Source: Rhabdothermincola salaria (GTDB lineage Bacteria; Actinomycetota; Acidimicrobiia; Acidimicrobiales; Acidimicrobilacustridaceae). From it: 64,000 bases of DNA. Of this stretch, positions 1 to 14,987 are shown one piece after another. The notes below the pieces were generated by a model. It worked only from the letters and a program-made list of their open reading frames with translations. It was not told the origin of the DNA and did not search any database. The translations under genes were made by a program, and so were the position numbers. The stretch spans positions 372,001 through 436,000 of the forward strand of contig NZ_JAJQXW010000001.1 in NCBI RefSeq assembly GCF_021246445.1, read 5' to 3'. Position 1 is the first letter of the stretch, and each line of letters starts with the position of its first letter.

Positions 1-521
1 TCGGGGTCCCGGTCGGGGCCGATCTCGACCACCTCGCCGTCGGGGAGCTGCAGGCGCATCGACACCACGTGGTCGCACCACGAGCCGGAGTGGTGGTGGT
101 TCTTGCCGTGGATGTCGGCGGCGATGGCCCCGCCGACGGTCACGTAGCGGGTGCCGGGGGTGACGGGTACGAACAGGCCCTGGGGCACCAAGGCGTGCAG
201 GAGCCGGTCGATGGACGTGCCGGCCTCGGCGGTGACCAGCACCCGGTCGGCGTCGGGGTCGGCGTCGTGGACCCAGAACCCGTCGACGTCGACGGTGTCG
301 ACCACCCGCCCGCCGGCGTTCTGGGCGGCGTCGCCGTAGCTGCGACCCAGGCCCCGGGCGATGAGGCCACGCCGGTCGGTGGTGGGCAGCGCCCGGCGCA
401 GCTCGGTGGTGGAGGTGGGGCGGCGCAGGTCGGCGGCGGAGGGTGCCGTGCGACCCCACCCGGTCAGCTCGGCCGGGTGACGGTGGGCCGGGGCGTTGGG
501 TTCAGGAGGTGTAGACGGCAC
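1..521 (-). CDS. dprE1: DprE1-like FAD-linked oxidase (decaprenylphosphoryl-beta-D-ribose oxidase), N-terminal part, runs off the window edge
   Basis: Not in the ORF track. Manual translation from GTG 521 gives ...ELTGWGRTAP...IARGLGRSYGDAAQNAGG...PVTPGTRYVTVGGAIAADIHGKNHH, typical DprE1 motifs. Same strand as and directly after the ubiA-like and dprE2 genes. Confidence 0.88.
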   Translation of the reverse strand, partial: MPSTPPEPNAPAHRHPAELTGWGRTAPSAADLRRPTSTTELRRALPTTDRRGLIARGLGRSYGDAAQNAGGRVVDTVDVDGFWVHDADPDADRVLVTAEAGTSIDRLLHALVPQGLFVPVTPGTRYVTVGGAIAADIHGKNHHHSGSWCDHVVSMRLQLPDGEVVEIGPDRDP

Positions 522-1413
522 AGCCGTAGATGATGGCCCACACCACGCCGGCACCGAGGACGATCCGGTCCGACAGGATGAGGACCTCCGGTTCGGCGCC
601 CTTGCCCTGGTCCAGCAGCAGGGCGTAGCGCAGGATGGCCACCGCGAAGGGCACGATCGACACCTGGAACAGCACCGCCCCGTCCGGGTTGGTCTGCCCG
701 GAGGTGAAGGCCCAGATGCAGTAGGCGATGAGCACCCCGCCGGAGAACACGGCGCGGAGGTAGTGCAGGAAGCTGGGCGTGTAGGCGCCGAGGGCGGGGC
801 GGACGGCCACGGCGTCGTCGGCCAGGTCGAGGGACTCGCCGTGGCGCTTGCCGGTGACCATGAACAGCGCCCCGAACGAGGTGACGATGAAGAACCACTC
901 CGAGATGGGCACGCCGACGGCGGCGGCGCCGCCCACGGCGCGCAGCACGAAGCCGGCGGAGATGGCCACGATGTCGAGGACGGGCTGCTCCTTGAGCCAG
1001 TAGGTGTAGGCGGTGGTCAGGCCCAGGTAGGCCACCAGCACCCACCCGAAGTCCGGTTCCAGCAGGAAGCCGCCCACCAGGGCGGCCACCAGCAGCACCG
1101 CCGCCAGCGCGTAGGCCAGTCCGGGGGAGACGACACCGGCGGCGATGGGCCGGTTGCGCTTGGTGGGGTGGAGGCGGTCGGCCTCCACGTCGGTGGCGTC
1201 GTTGACCAGGTAGGTGGCGCTGGCTGCTGCGCAGAAGCAGGCGAAGGCCCCGGCCGTGTGGAGGAGCACCTCGCCCTGGTCGATGACCCCGGCGGCCACC
1301 GGGGCCGCCACCACGAGCACGTTCTTGGCCCACTGCTTGGGGCGCAGGGAGCGGACGATGCCGGCGGCCAGCGACGGGCGCGGCGCGTCCGTGGGGCGGT
1401 CGGCGTGGGTCAT
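502..1413 (-). CDS. UbiA-family decaprenyl-phosphate phosphoribosyltransferase (DPPR synthase)
   Basis: RPKQWAKN, YLVNDATDVEADRLHPTKRNRPIAAG and GFVLRA motifs, multiple TM segments, between dprE2 and dprE1. Confidence 0.9.
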   Translation of the reverse strand: MTHADRPTDAPRPSLAAGIVRSLRPKQWAKNVLVVAAPVAAGVIDQGEVLLHTAGAFACFCAAASATYLVNDATDVEADRLHPTKRNRPIAAGVVSPGLAYALAAVLLVAALVGGFLLEPDFGWVLVAYLGLTTAYTYWLKEQPVLDIVAISAGFVLRAVGGAAAVGVPISEWFFIVTSFGALFMVTGKRHGESLDLADDAVAVRPALGAYTPSFLHYLRAVFSGGVLIAYCIWAFTSGQTNPDGAVLFQVSIVPFAVAILRYALLLDQGKGAEPEVLILSDRIVLGAGVVWAIIYGCAVYTS

Positions 1414-1414
1414 C

Positions 1415-2185
1415 TCAGCGAGCGCTGACCTTGCGCCACAGGCCTCGGGGGAGGTGGCCGAGCACGAAGAACAGGTAGCGCAGCACCGGTGGGGCCCAGA
1501 TGACCTCTCGGCCCTTGGCCAGACCCTCGACGATGGCCTCGGCCACCTTCTCGGGGGTGGTGGAGAACGGCGCCGGGTCCATGCCCTCGGTCATCTTGGT
1601 GTGCACGAAGCCGGGTCGGACCACCACGGCGCGCGCCCCGGTGCCGATGAGGGCGTCGCCGAGGCCCTGGGTGAAGGCATCGAGGCCGGCCTTGGACGAC
1701 CCGTAGACGTAGTTGTCGCGTCGGGTCCGCACCCCGGCCACCGACGACAGCACCAGCAGGGTGCCGTGGCCCTGGCGACGGAGGCGCTCGGCCACGGCCA
1801 AACCGCTCGAGACGGCGCCGGTGTAGTTCACGGTCACGGCGTCGGCGGCGGCCACGGGGTCGGCGTCGAACGTGGTCTGGTCGCCGAGCACGCCGAAGGC
1901 CGAGATGACCAGGTCCAGGTCGCCGAAGCGGTCGAAGCAGTCGTCGACGACCCCTTGGTGCGACGCCGGATCGGTGGCGTCGAAGGCCACCGTCTCCACC
2001 GTGGTGGCACCGAGCCGGCGGAGCTCGTCCGCGGCCTCGGCGGCCGACGCCGGGTCCCGGACGGCCAGCACGACCGTGCGGCACCGGCCGGCGATCAGGC
2101 TGCGCACCGTGGCCCGGGCGATCTCGGAGTTCCCCCCGAGCACCAGCACCGATTGCACCGCCCCGAGGGCGTCTCGCATGGTCAT
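1415..2185 (-). CDS. dprE2: DprE2-like SDR (decaprenylphospho-2-keto-ribose reductase)
   Basis: GGNSEIA N-terminus, SSVAG and YGSSKAGLD catalytic YxxxK, GGAGG SD upstream. Confidence 0.88.
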   Translation of the reverse strand: MTMRDALGAVQSVLVLGGNSEIARATVRSLIAGRCRTVVLAVRDPASAAEAADELRRLGATTVETVAFDATDPASHQGVVDDCFDRFGDLDLVISAFGVLGDQTTFDADPVAAADAVTVNYTGAVSSGLAVAERLRRQGHGTLLVLSSVAGVRTRRDNYVYGSSKAGLDAFTQGLGDALIGTGARAVVVRPGFVHTKMTEGMDPAPFSTTPEKVAEAIVEGLAKGREVIWAPPVLRYLFFVLGHLPRGLWRKVSAR

Positions 2186-2296
2186 CCTCCACCTGATGGG
2201 TCGTACCGCCGGGCGAGCCTAGACGTGCCCGCCGGGGGCGGAGACGGCGTCAAGCGCTCGGGGAGGACCGTCCCACCCCCTCCGTAGACTCCGGGG

Positions 2297-4312
<2,016 letters not shown>

Positions 4313-4353
4313 GCCTCCCCGGCCAAGGGCGGCCGTTGGTCCATGATGACCAG

Positions 4354-6048
4354 ATGTCCATCGCCGCCCGACGAGGGCTCGGGCCGCGAGCGTGCCGTGT
4401 CGTCACCACGCCGCTGACGGCCGGCCTCGTGTTGCTGGCGGTCTACGTCGGGCTGTCGTTCCTCATGGATCCGATGGGGAGCCTCGGCACCGACACCGGC
4501 GGCAAGGTGGCCACCCTCGAGGTCATGGCCGAGCGTCCGCTCGGCCTCGATCCCGACGTGGGCTACTGGGCCGCGGACCAGGATCCGGACGCCGAGCTCC
4601 ACGGGCTCTTCTACACGAGCCGCATCGGCGACCGGTTCGTCAACGTCACCACCCTGCCGATGCTCGAGCTCGGCGCCCCCCTGTACCGGGCGGGCGGCTA
4701 CCGGGCGGCGCTGTTCCTGCCCATGTTGGGAGCCGTCGCCGCGGCGTTCGCGGGCCGGGCCCTGGCTGGGAGAGCCGGGGGGGACGAGCGGACCGGGTGG
4801 ATCGCCTTCTGGGTGCTGGGCTTGGCGTCGCCCTTGGCGGTCTATGCCCTCGACTTCTGGGAGCACACGCTGGGGGTGGCCTTCGTCCTGTGGGGTCTCG
4901 TCGCCCTCCTCGCCACGCTGGAGACCCACCGAGCAGCCCGTTGCGCGGTGTGGGGTGCGCTCGCCGGCCTGGCGTTCGGCGCCGCCTTCTCGATGCGCAC
5001 GGAGGCGCTGGTCTACGGCTTCGTGGCCACCGCCGCGGTCTCCATCTCCTTGCTCGTGGTCAGGCGCTGGCGGGAGATGGTGGCCAATGGCGCAGGGGTG
5101 CTCGCCGGCCTGGCGGTCACGGTCCTCGTCACCACGGCCCTCGAGGTCGCTGCGCTCGGGGAGTCGTTTCGTTCGGGCCGGGCATCGGGTACGGCCGAGG
5201 CGGCCGGGTCCGGCTTGGAGCTCCGCCTGAAGGAGGCCGTCGTGACCGGTGCCGGACTCGTGCCCAGCCTCGAGCCCGGCGACCTGGTCCTGGCCGGCAT
5301 GATCGCGGCCGCCCTGTTGTCGGCGGCCTTCTTCGCCGGTCGGAAGGATGGTGAGCGCATCGCCGCCGTCTCGGCCGCGGTCGCCGTCGGGCTCTTCGCC
5401 ATGCGCCTCGGCCAGGGGCTCGGCTTCGTGCCCGGGATGCTGGCGGCCACGCCGCTGGCCGCGCTCGGCATCGCCAGGATGCCCGGGAACCGCAACGCCC
5501 GCCTCCTCGGAGCGATCGCCCTCGTCGCCCTGCCCCTCGTCTGGCTCTTCCAGTTCACCGGCGGAGCAGCCCCCCAGTGGGGAGGGCGCTACATCCTCTC
5601 GTCGGGTGCGGTGCTGGCCGTACTGGGCGTCATCGCCCTCTCGAGCCTCCCGCCCTGGGGGCGACGGTTCTTCGTCGTAGCGTCTGTGGCGGTGACCGTG
5701 TTCGGCCTGGCGTGGCTCGCCGAACGGACCCACGAGGTGGGACGGGCCGCCCGCGACGTCGCCGCCTTCCCCGAGGACGCCGTGATCTCGACGCAGGCGT
5801 TCTGGCTGCGCGAGCTCGGGGCGGTCTACGAGGGTGAGGACACCGAGTGGTTGAGTGTCCGTGGTGCCGACGAGCTCCCCGAAGCCATCGACGTGATCGA
5901 CGCCGAGGCCGTCGATTCCTTCGCCTTGTTGGGCACCAGCACGACCGACGGACCCCCGGTCGTAGAGGGGTTCGAGGTGGTGCGGGAACGCTCCTACACC
6001 TGGCTGGGGGTCGCCTTCACCGTGGTGAGCTATGACCGAGACCCTTGA
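4354..6048 (+). CDS. Polytopic membrane protein, putative GT-C superfamily glycosyltransferase (paralog A)
   Basis: Many hydrophobic helices, acidic motif after TM1 (GTDTGGK), FWEHT, RTE and QWGGRY motifs, soluble C-terminal tail. ATG 4354 chosen because a CATGAT -10-like hexamer lies 6 nt upstream. Confidence 0.6.
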   Translation: MSIAARRGLGPRACRVVTTPLTAGLVLLAVYVGLSFLMDPMGSLGTDTGGKVATLEVMAERPLGLDPDVGYWAADQDPDAELHGLFYTSRIGDRFVNVTTLPMLELGAPLYRAGGYRAALFLPMLGAVAAAFAGRALAGRAGGDERTGWIAFWVLGLASPLAVYALDFWEHTLGVAFVLWGLVALLATLETHRAARCAVWGALAGLAFGAAFSMRTEALVYGFVATAAVSISLLVVRRWREMVANGAGVLAGLAVTVLVTTALEVAALGESFRSGRASGTAEAAGSGLELRLKEAVVTGAGLVPSLEPGDLVLAGMIAAALLSAAFFAGRKDGERIAAVSAAVAVGLFAMRLGQGLGFVPGMLAATPLAALGIARMPGNRNARLLGAIALVALPLVWLFQFTGGAAPQWGGRYILSSGAVLAVLGVIALSSLPPWGRRFFVVASVAVTVFGLAWLAERTHEVGRAARDVAAFPEDAVISTQAFWLRELGAVYEGEDTEWLSVRGADELPEAIDVIDAEAVDSFALLGTSTTDGPPVVEGFEVVRERSYTWLGVAFTVVSYDRDP

Positions 6049-7771
6049 ACCCGACGTCAACGGTGCCCTCCCGCTCCGGGGGGGTCAGCGAGCCGCCACG
6101 AGCCTCTGGCTGCACGCCCTGCTCTTGACCGCGGCGATCACGATCGTGGTCGCGCTCGGGCAACCCGGCGTGGCCTACTTCAGCGACGAGGGGGCCGCTG
6201 TCCTCCAGGCTCAGGTTTTGGTGGACACTGGCAGTTGGCAGTACGTCTCACCCCTCGGATCGTTGGGGCAGGACCCGGATCTGAGTCCGTTCATCCGTGG
6301 AGATCGCAGCGTTGACGGGGTCGCTCCTTACGCCAAGCATCCGCTCTATCCGGTCATCCTGTCTTTGCTCGGTCCCACCAACGTGTCGGCGATGCTGGCC
6401 CTCTCCGTGGCCGGCACGGTGGCGGCGTCTGTAGGTGCTGCGCTGCTGGCGCGCCGAGTCCTCCGGGCACCATCGACCACCCAGCTGATCGTGCTGTGGT
6501 CGGTCGGCCTCGGCTCGCCGTTGCTCTTCGACAGCGGATTGGTCCTCGCCCATACCGTGGCCGCGGCCCTCGTCGTGTTCGGGGTGCTGGCGTTGCTGGC
6601 GGCACGTGCGGCGCGAGCTCTCCCGCTCGTCGTCACGGCCCTAGGGGGCGGGCTGTTGCTCGTCGGCGCCTCGATGTTGCGGACCGAAGCGCTCTTCGTC
6701 GGTCCAGCCGTGGCCTTGGCGGTGGGGATCGTGGACCGCCATCGTCTGCGACGGGCGCTTCCGGTCGCGCTGGCCGCGGGCGTCTCCTCGGTGGTGGCCT
6801 GGGCGGCCGACCGAGCCTGGGCGGACCGGATCGTCGGTGATCGGCAGCCGGGCGGGGTGCCGCTCGAGTCGTCGGGTTGGCTCATCGATCGCTTCCGCGG
6901 GGCGGGAACCACGTTGCTGCGCACCACCAACCTGGCTCTGGGGGTGGCCGACGTGCTGCTCTGGGTCTCCCTCGCGGTCCTGGTGGTCGGCCTGCTGGCG
7001 TGGCGCTGGGCCGCCCGAGTCGACCTGTTGATCCTTGGTTCGGCGTTCGTCGTCGTCGCCTGGGTCGTGCGGCAAGGGGCCGATCCACCAGCGCTCGTCC
7101 CTGGTCTGTTCATGGCCTTCCCACTCGGGGTCGGGGCCACCGTCTTGGCCCTTCCTCCGGACCGGAGCAGGCGGGAGGCTCGATGTGTGTGGCTGGTGGT
7201 GGCCTTCGTCGCAGCCGGGGTCATCCTCACCCAGTACGGGATCGGCGGAGGGGTGGAGTGGGGTGGCCGGTACTTCGCCATTCTGCTCCCGCTCTGGATC
7301 GCCGTCGCCGTGGGAGGGTCGGTGGAGCGACTCCGCTCGGTGGGACCGATTCCTCGTCGCCTGCTGGGCGGTCTCCTCGTGGCCTTCGTCGGCCTGTCGT
7401 CGCTGAGCATCGTCGCGGTGCAGCGCCATGTGCACGGACTCACCGAGGAGTTGTTGGTGGCGATGGAGGACGCAGCCGGTTCGCTCGACTCGAGTGCGGC
7501 AGCGGGCTCGATGCCGGTGATCGTGTCGGAGAACCGACTGCTGCCCCAGATCGCCTACACGGATTTCGATCGGTACGCCTGGGTGGTCGGGCGCCCCAGC
7601 GCGTTGCCGGAGGGCTTCGAGCGGTTGGCGTCGATGGGAATCGACGAAGCGGTGGTGGTGACACCCAACGTGTCGACCTTCGAGGACATCACCGCAGAAG
7701 TGGGGTGGTCGGTCTCTTCGCATCGCTCAGTGGGGTCGTACGAGGTGCTGATCGCCCGAGTCGAGGACTGA
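6032..7771 (+). CDS. Polytopic membrane protein, putative GT-C superfamily glycosyltransferase (paralog B)
   Basis: YFSDEG after TM1, KHPLYP, LAHT, RTE and EWGGRY motifs colinear with the upstream gene; 17-bp overlap with it. Confidence 0.62.
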   Translation: MTETLEPDVNGALPLRGGQRAATSLWLHALLLTAAITIVVALGQPGVAYFSDEGAAVLQAQVLVDTGSWQYVSPLGSLGQDPDLSPFIRGDRSVDGVAPYAKHPLYPVILSLLGPTNVSAMLALSVAGTVAASVGAALLARRVLRAPSTTQLIVLWSVGLGSPLLFDSGLVLAHTVAAALVVFGVLALLAARAARALPLVVTALGGGLLLVGASMLRTEALFVGPAVALAVGIVDRHRLRRALPVALAAGVSSVVAWAADRAWADRIVGDRQPGGVPLESSGWLIDRFRGAGTTLLRTTNLALGVADVLLWVSLAVLVVGLLAWRWAARVDLLILGSAFVVVAWVVRQGADPPALVPGLFMAFPLGVGATVLALPPDRSRREARCVWLVVAFVAAGVILTQYGIGGGVEWGGRYFAILLPLWIAVAVGGSVERLRSVGPIPRRLLGGLLVAFVGLSSLSIVAVQRHVHGLTEELLVAMEDAAGSLDSSAAAGSMPVIVSENRLLPQIAYTDFDRYAWVVGRPSALPEGFERLASMGIDEAVVVTPNVSTFEDITAEVGWSVSSHRSVGSYEVLIARVED

Positions 7772-7773
7772 GG

Positions 7774-7787
7774 CGAACGCCCGTTCG
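7774..7787. promoter_or_regulatory. LexA (SOS) box upstream of uvrA
   Basis: CGAAC-GCCC-GTTCG is a perfect Gram-positive GAAC-N4-GTTC box, in the -35 region of the TATGCT -10 (7806-7811). Confidence 0.75.
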
Positions 7788-7817
7788 TGAGGTTGGTGGG
7801 GCCGGTATGCTCTCGGG

Positions 7818-10670
<2,853 letters not shown>

Positions 10671-10684
10671 GCGACACTGGCGGC

Positions 10685-11446
10685 ATGGACCGAACCCGGC
10701 TGCAGCGCGAGCAGGAGTTCCACGACGAGCGCTTCACCGATGACGGTGAGCGAGCGGCCGCGAAGAAGTACTACGCCGTCACGCGGGCCAGCTCGATGCG
10801 GATGGATCAGATCCTCGAGATGGTCCCGGCGGGAGCGAGAGCGCTCGAGCTCGGGTGCGGTCTGCACAACCATGCGGTGCAACTCGCCCAGCGGGGAGTC
10901 GACGTCGTGGCCGTGGACATCTCCCCGGTCGCCGCCTTGCAGATGCGCCAGCAGTGTGAGTCCCTCGACCTCCCGGGTCGCGTCTCGGTGGAGGTCATGA
11001 ACGCCGAAGAGCTGGCCTTCGAAGATCAGGCCTTCGACCTCGTCGTGGGCACCGGGATCCTCCACCACCTCGATCTCGACCGGGCCTACCCCGAGTTGGC
11101 CCGAGTGCTCCGCTCGGGTGGAAAAGGTGCGTTCATCGAACCGCTGGGTCGCAACCCGCTCATCAACCTGTACCGGCGGATGACTCCTCGGATGCGCACG
11201 CCTGACGAGCATCCGCTCGTCGAGAGCGACTTCGACGATGCTCGCCGGTGGTTCGACGAGGTGGAGGTCGACTACTACCACACCCTTTCGTTGGCGGCGG
11301 TTCCGTTGCGCCGGTTGAAGGCCTTCGATGTGGCACTCAAGCGCCTGGAGGAGGCCGATGCCTGGATGTACGAGAGGATTCCTCGCAGTCGAGCCCTCGC
11401 CTGGTCGTGCGTCGTGGAGCTGAGCGGCACCAAGCCCGCCCGCTGA
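10685..11446 (+). CDS. Class I SAM-dependent methyltransferase
   Basis: LELGCG motif I, VDIS, FDLVVGTGILHH, RTPDEHPL. Confidence 0.85.
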   Translation: MDRTRLQREQEFHDERFTDDGERAAAKKYYAVTRASSMRMDQILEMVPAGARALELGCGLHNHAVQLAQRGVDVVAVDISPVAALQMRQQCESLDLPGRVSVEVMNAEELAFEDQAFDLVVGTGILHHLDLDRAYPELARVLRSGGKGAFIEPLGRNPLINLYRRMTPRMRTPDEHPLVESDFDDARRWFDEVEVDYYHTLSLAAVPLRRLKAFDVALKRLEEADAWMYERIPRSRALAWSCVVELSGTKPAR

Positions 11447-11490
11447 GGCGGATCCGCAGCATCCGGCGATCGGCGAGGGAGGCTGTAGGG

Positions 11491-12837
11491 ATGGTTCGAG
11501 TGGCGAGGTGGCTGGTCTACGGGGGCATCGTCGCGACCGTCGTGGGTCTTGCGCTCTACCACTCACGGGTCATCGCCGATCCGCCCTACCCGTATACCGG
11601 CACCTTCCGATTCGGATGGTCGCTGCTCTACATCGGCGTGCTGGTGGTGACGGCCTACGGGCTCGGACTGCCGGAGCTCCCGCGCACCGCAGGGCGGGCC
11701 CTCATCTCGTCGGTGATCGCCGCCGTGAGTGGTGCCGTCGTGATCTCAGTGCTGCAGCTGCTGACCGGTGATGCCCTGCTGCCTAGGTTCGTCGTGTTCG
11801 GATCAGCGGTGCTCCTGGTGCCGTGGTACCTGCTGTGCGCCGGGCTGGCCAAGGGAGGGTCGCAGAAGGATGCCCAACGCGACCGGGTGCTGGTGGTGGC
11901 CTCCGTGGAGGAAGTGGAAGCGCTCCGCAAGGACCTGCGACGAGCCTCGGAGATGTCGGCGGCCATCGTCGGGGTGATGCTGCCTCCTGATGCCGGGCAG
12001 CCGGTCGGGACGCCGCCGGCCGACGGCCCACTCGTGGCAAGGGCCGCTGAGCTCGGCGCCAGCCTCGTCGTCTTGGACCGTGAGGCCGAGGCGGATGGCT
12101 CGGTGGTGGACCAGGCCGCGGAGCTGCACGCCCGTGGGCTACGCATCCGCAGCTACGCGCTGTTCGTGGACCAGTGGCTGGGCAAGGTTCCTCTCTTCGA
12201 GCTGGAACGGGTGTCGCTCCTGTTCGACGTCGGGGAGGTACACCGCACCCGCTATGGCAGGGTGAAGCGGATGATGGACCTCGGCGCCGGAACCCTCGGG
12301 TTGTTGGCCTTCGTGGTGGCCGTGCCGTTCGTGGCGATGGGCGACCTGGTGGCGAACCGGGGTCCGCTCCTCTTTCGTCAGGAGCGCGTCGGCAAACGGG
12401 GCCAGACCTTTCGCATCCTGAAGTTCCGCACCATGGCCCCGAACCAAGACGGCGGCAGCGGAGCGGGGGAGTGGACCAGGCCTGATGACACGCGCGTCAC
12501 ACCGTTCGGGAACCTCTTGCGGCGAACCCACGTCGACGAGCTACCCCAGGCGATCAACATCCTCCGGGGCGACTTGTCGGTGGTCGGGCCACGGCCAGAG
12601 CAACCCCACTACGTCGCTGAGCTGTCCGAGAGACTGCCGTACTACGACCTGCGCCACCTCGTCCGTCCCGGACTCACTGGTTGGGCTCAGGTGAAGTATC
12701 CGTACGGGGCCGACGAGACCGATGCGAAGGAGAAGCTCCAGTACGAGTTCTGGTACCTGCGCCACCAAGGCATGGCGCTGGATCTGAGGATCGTGAGCCG
12801 CACCATTCGAAGCGTTCTGAGAGGTGGCGGGCAATGA
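11491..12837 (+). CDS. Priming polyprenyl-phosphate glycosylphosphotransferase (WcaJ/WbaP-like sugar transferase)
   Basis: N-terminal TM block plus KFRTM, DELPQ, VVGPRPE and PGLTGWAQV. ATG 11491 follows a GGAGG SD. Confidence 0.9.
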   Translation: MVRVARWLVYGGIVATVVGLALYHSRVIADPPYPYTGTFRFGWSLLYIGVLVVTAYGLGLPELPRTAGRALISSVIAAVSGAVVISVLQLLTGDALLPRFVVFGSAVLLVPWYLLCAGLAKGGSQKDAQRDRVLVVASVEEVEALRKDLRRASEMSAAIVGVMLPPDAGQPVGTPPADGPLVARAAELGASLVVLDREAEADGSVVDQAAELHARGLRIRSYALFVDQWLGKVPLFELERVSLLFDVGEVHRTRYGRVKRMMDLGAGTLGLLAFVVAVPFVAMGDLVANRGPLLFRQERVGKRGQTFRILKFRTMAPNQDGGSGAGEWTRPDDTRVTPFGNLLRRTHVDELPQAINILRGDLSVVGPRPEQPHYVAELSERLPYYDLRHLVRPGLTGWAQVKYPYGADETDAKEKLQYEFWYLRHQGMALDLRIVSRTIRSVLRGGGQ

Positions 12838-13838
12838 CCGGTGTTGGGGTAGCCGACGTGGCGGTGCTGATCCCGGCAAGGAACGAGGCTGACTCGATCG
12901 GTAGGTGCCTCGAGCACGTCCTGGCGCAGGATATCGGGCTCGATCGCCTCGAGGTCATAGTCGTGGACGGGGACTCGACCGACGGCACCGGTGAGATCGC
13001 GGCTGCCATCCTCGAGAGGGCGGGTCTTGATCGATGGGTCGTTCACTGCAACAAGGGCGGATCGACGCCGTCCAACCTCAACGCCGGTCTGGCGCTGGTT
13101 CGAGCTCCGGTGGTGTGCAGGGTCGATGCTCGGAGCATGGTCCCGCCTCGGTATGTGCGCGCCTGTATTGAGACCCTCCAGTCTCGCCCCGACGTCGCAG
13201 TCGTCGGTGGCGCCCAGGTTGCGGTGCCTCGCTCTGAGTCGAACCGAGACCAGGGGATCGCTCGCGCCCTGAACAATCGCTACGGCATGGGTCTGTCCCG
13301 TTACCGTCGAGGTGCGAGGAGTGGCCGCGCCGACACCGTCTACCTCGGTGCATTTCGCACTGCGGAGCTTCGCGGCGTGGGCGGCTGGGACGAGCGCCTT
13401 CCAACGAACCAGGACTTCGACCTGAACCGGCGAATTGCACATCATGGTCACGTTTGGTTCGAATCGTCCCTCGAGGTGGGGTATAGCCCGCGGTCCTCAG
13501 TCAGGCAGCTGTGGATGCAATACCACCGCTTCGGCCGGTGGAAGGTTCGCTATTGGCGGATGACCGGAGATCGACCACAGCAGCGCCAGATGGGGATTAT
13601 CGTTGCGCCAGTCCTCATGCTCATTGCAGCGATTGCCTTCTTGGTGCCAAGGTCGGGCCGGATGTGTCGAATGAGTGTCTTGACTGTCGGCACCTTGGGG
13701 GCGGCGGTCGCTCTCGAGGAACTTGGATCCCAAGAGGGGACCGCCGGTACAGTTGAGCGCGGATGGGCCATCGCCGGCATGGTCGCAGTCGGAAGTGGCT
13801 GGCTGTCAGGTGTTCTGCGTGACGCCGTGTTCGAATGA
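12834..13838 (+). CDS. Glycosyltransferase family 2 (ExoA-like)
   Basis: LIPARNE, VVDGDSTDGT, RVDAR, NQDFDLNRR, C-terminal TM helices; ATGA overlap with the previous gene. Confidence 0.85.
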   Translation: MTGVGVADVAVLIPARNEADSIGRCLEHVLAQDIGLDRLEVIVVDGDSTDGTGEIAAAILERAGLDRWVVHCNKGGSTPSNLNAGLALVRAPVVCRVDARSMVPPRYVRACIETLQSRPDVAVVGGAQVAVPRSESNRDQGIARALNNRYGMGLSRYRRGARSGRADTVYLGAFRTAELRGVGGWDERLPTNQDFDLNRRIAHHGHVWFESSLEVGYSPRSSVRQLWMQYHRFGRWKVRYWRMTGDRPQQRQMGIIVAPVLMLIAAIAFLVPRSGRMCRMSVLTVGTLGAAVALEELGSQEGTAGTVERGWAIAGMVAVGSGWLSGVLRDAVFE

Positions 13839-14953
13839 CGAGACACCCCACCACCCTCCACTTGGCACCGGCGCATGTGGCTACCGACACTCGAGTCTTC
13901 TGGAAAGAGTGCGTTTCGTTACGAGACGCCGGGTGGAGGGTCACGATCGTCGCGCTTCACGATCGTGACGAGGACCTGGACGGTATCCGGATCGTGGGGC
14001 TGCGCCGTGGAAAGGGAAGTTGGGGTCGCCTGCGCAACCTGGCCCATGTGGTGAGGACCATCCTTCGCAACCGGACGGACGTAATCCATGTTCACGACAT
14101 AGAAATTCTCCCCGTGGCGATCGTCCTCGGCCTGGTTGGTCGCAAGGTGATTGTTGACTTCCACGAGGACTACCCGCTTCTCGTCGAGAGTCGCAGCTAC
14201 ATCCCGAAGAGACTCAGGAGAACGGCGGCGTGGACGGTTCGGCTTCTCGAGGGCCTCGTCGTTCGGGTTTCGTCGGCAGTGATCTCTGCGGAGGACACGG
14301 GGGCCCAACGGTTCGGCAAGCGGCACGTCGCCGTTCTGCGAAACTATGTCTTGGACAGCGAGATCGAACTCATGGCTCGATCGGAGCCTGATGTACGAGC
14401 GAGAGCGTGTGTATACGTGGGCGCTGTCAGCCGGGAGCGAGGCCTGCTGGAGATGGTTGGGGCCATCGAACGGGCTGGATCTGACATCGAGCTTCGGCTC
14501 ATCGGAGAGATGCCGGCCGACCTCCGCGCCGAGGTGATGGCGACGGGGGGGGCGCAGCAGCTGCGCTACTACGGCCGTTGTGACAGGGCCCGGACCTGCG
14601 AGGTTCTGGTTGGGTCGGCTGTGGGGCTCGTGATCTGGCACCCAACCCCGAAGCACGCTGGCGGTGCAGTCCCGGTGAAGCTCTTTGAGTACATGGCTGC
14701 AGGTCTGCCGGTCATCGCAAGTGACTTTCCCGAGATTCGGGCCGTCGTAGAGCCTGCCGGCGCCGGCTTCTTGGTAGACCCATTCGATGTTGATGCGCTG
14801 GCGGCCCATATGAGGTGGATGGTCGATCACCCGGAGGAAGCGCGGGCTCTCGGGATGAGGGGGCGACAGTCGGTGCTCGACCGATACACGTGGAGTTCCC
14901 AGGTGCCCACGTTGCTTGGTGTGTACGAGGCACTCCAGGAACTGGAGCCGTGA
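13835..14953 (+). CDS. Glycosyltransferase family 4
   Basis: DTRVFWKE, IHVHD, DFHEDY, KLFEYMAAGLPVIASDFP; ATGA overlap. Confidence 0.88.
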   Translation: MTRHPTTLHLAPAHVATDTRVFWKECVSLRDAGWRVTIVALHDRDEDLDGIRIVGLRRGKGSWGRLRNLAHVVRTILRNRTDVIHVHDIEILPVAIVLGLVGRKVIVDFHEDYPLLVESRSYIPKRLRRTAAWTVRLLEGLVVRVSSAVISAEDTGAQRFGKRHVAVLRNYVLDSEIELMARSEPDVRARACVYVGAVSRERGLLEMVGAIERAGSDIELRLIGEMPADLRAEVMATGGAQQLRYYGRCDRARTCEVLVGSAVGLVIWHPTPKHAGGAVPVKLFEYMAAGLPVIASDFPEIRAVVEPAGAGFLVDPFDVDALAAHMRWMVDHPEEARALGMRGRQSVLDRYTWSSQVPTLLGVYEALQELEP

Positions 14954-14966
14954 GCCACCCCTCGAG

Positions 14967-14987
14967 GTGTCAGGCCGCTCCTGACAC
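14967..14987. terminator. Hairpin at the junction of the convergent glycan operons
   Basis: GTGTCAGG-CCGCT-CCTGACAC, perfect 8-bp stem overlapping the flippase stop codon; no U-tract. Confidence 0.35.

Noticed and set aside
2269..2290. PafBC/RecA-NDp-like promoter at uvrB (CGTCCC-N10-TAGACT)
   Set aside because: Only GTC matches the TGTCGG element, and uvrA, uvrC and ruvC do not show it.
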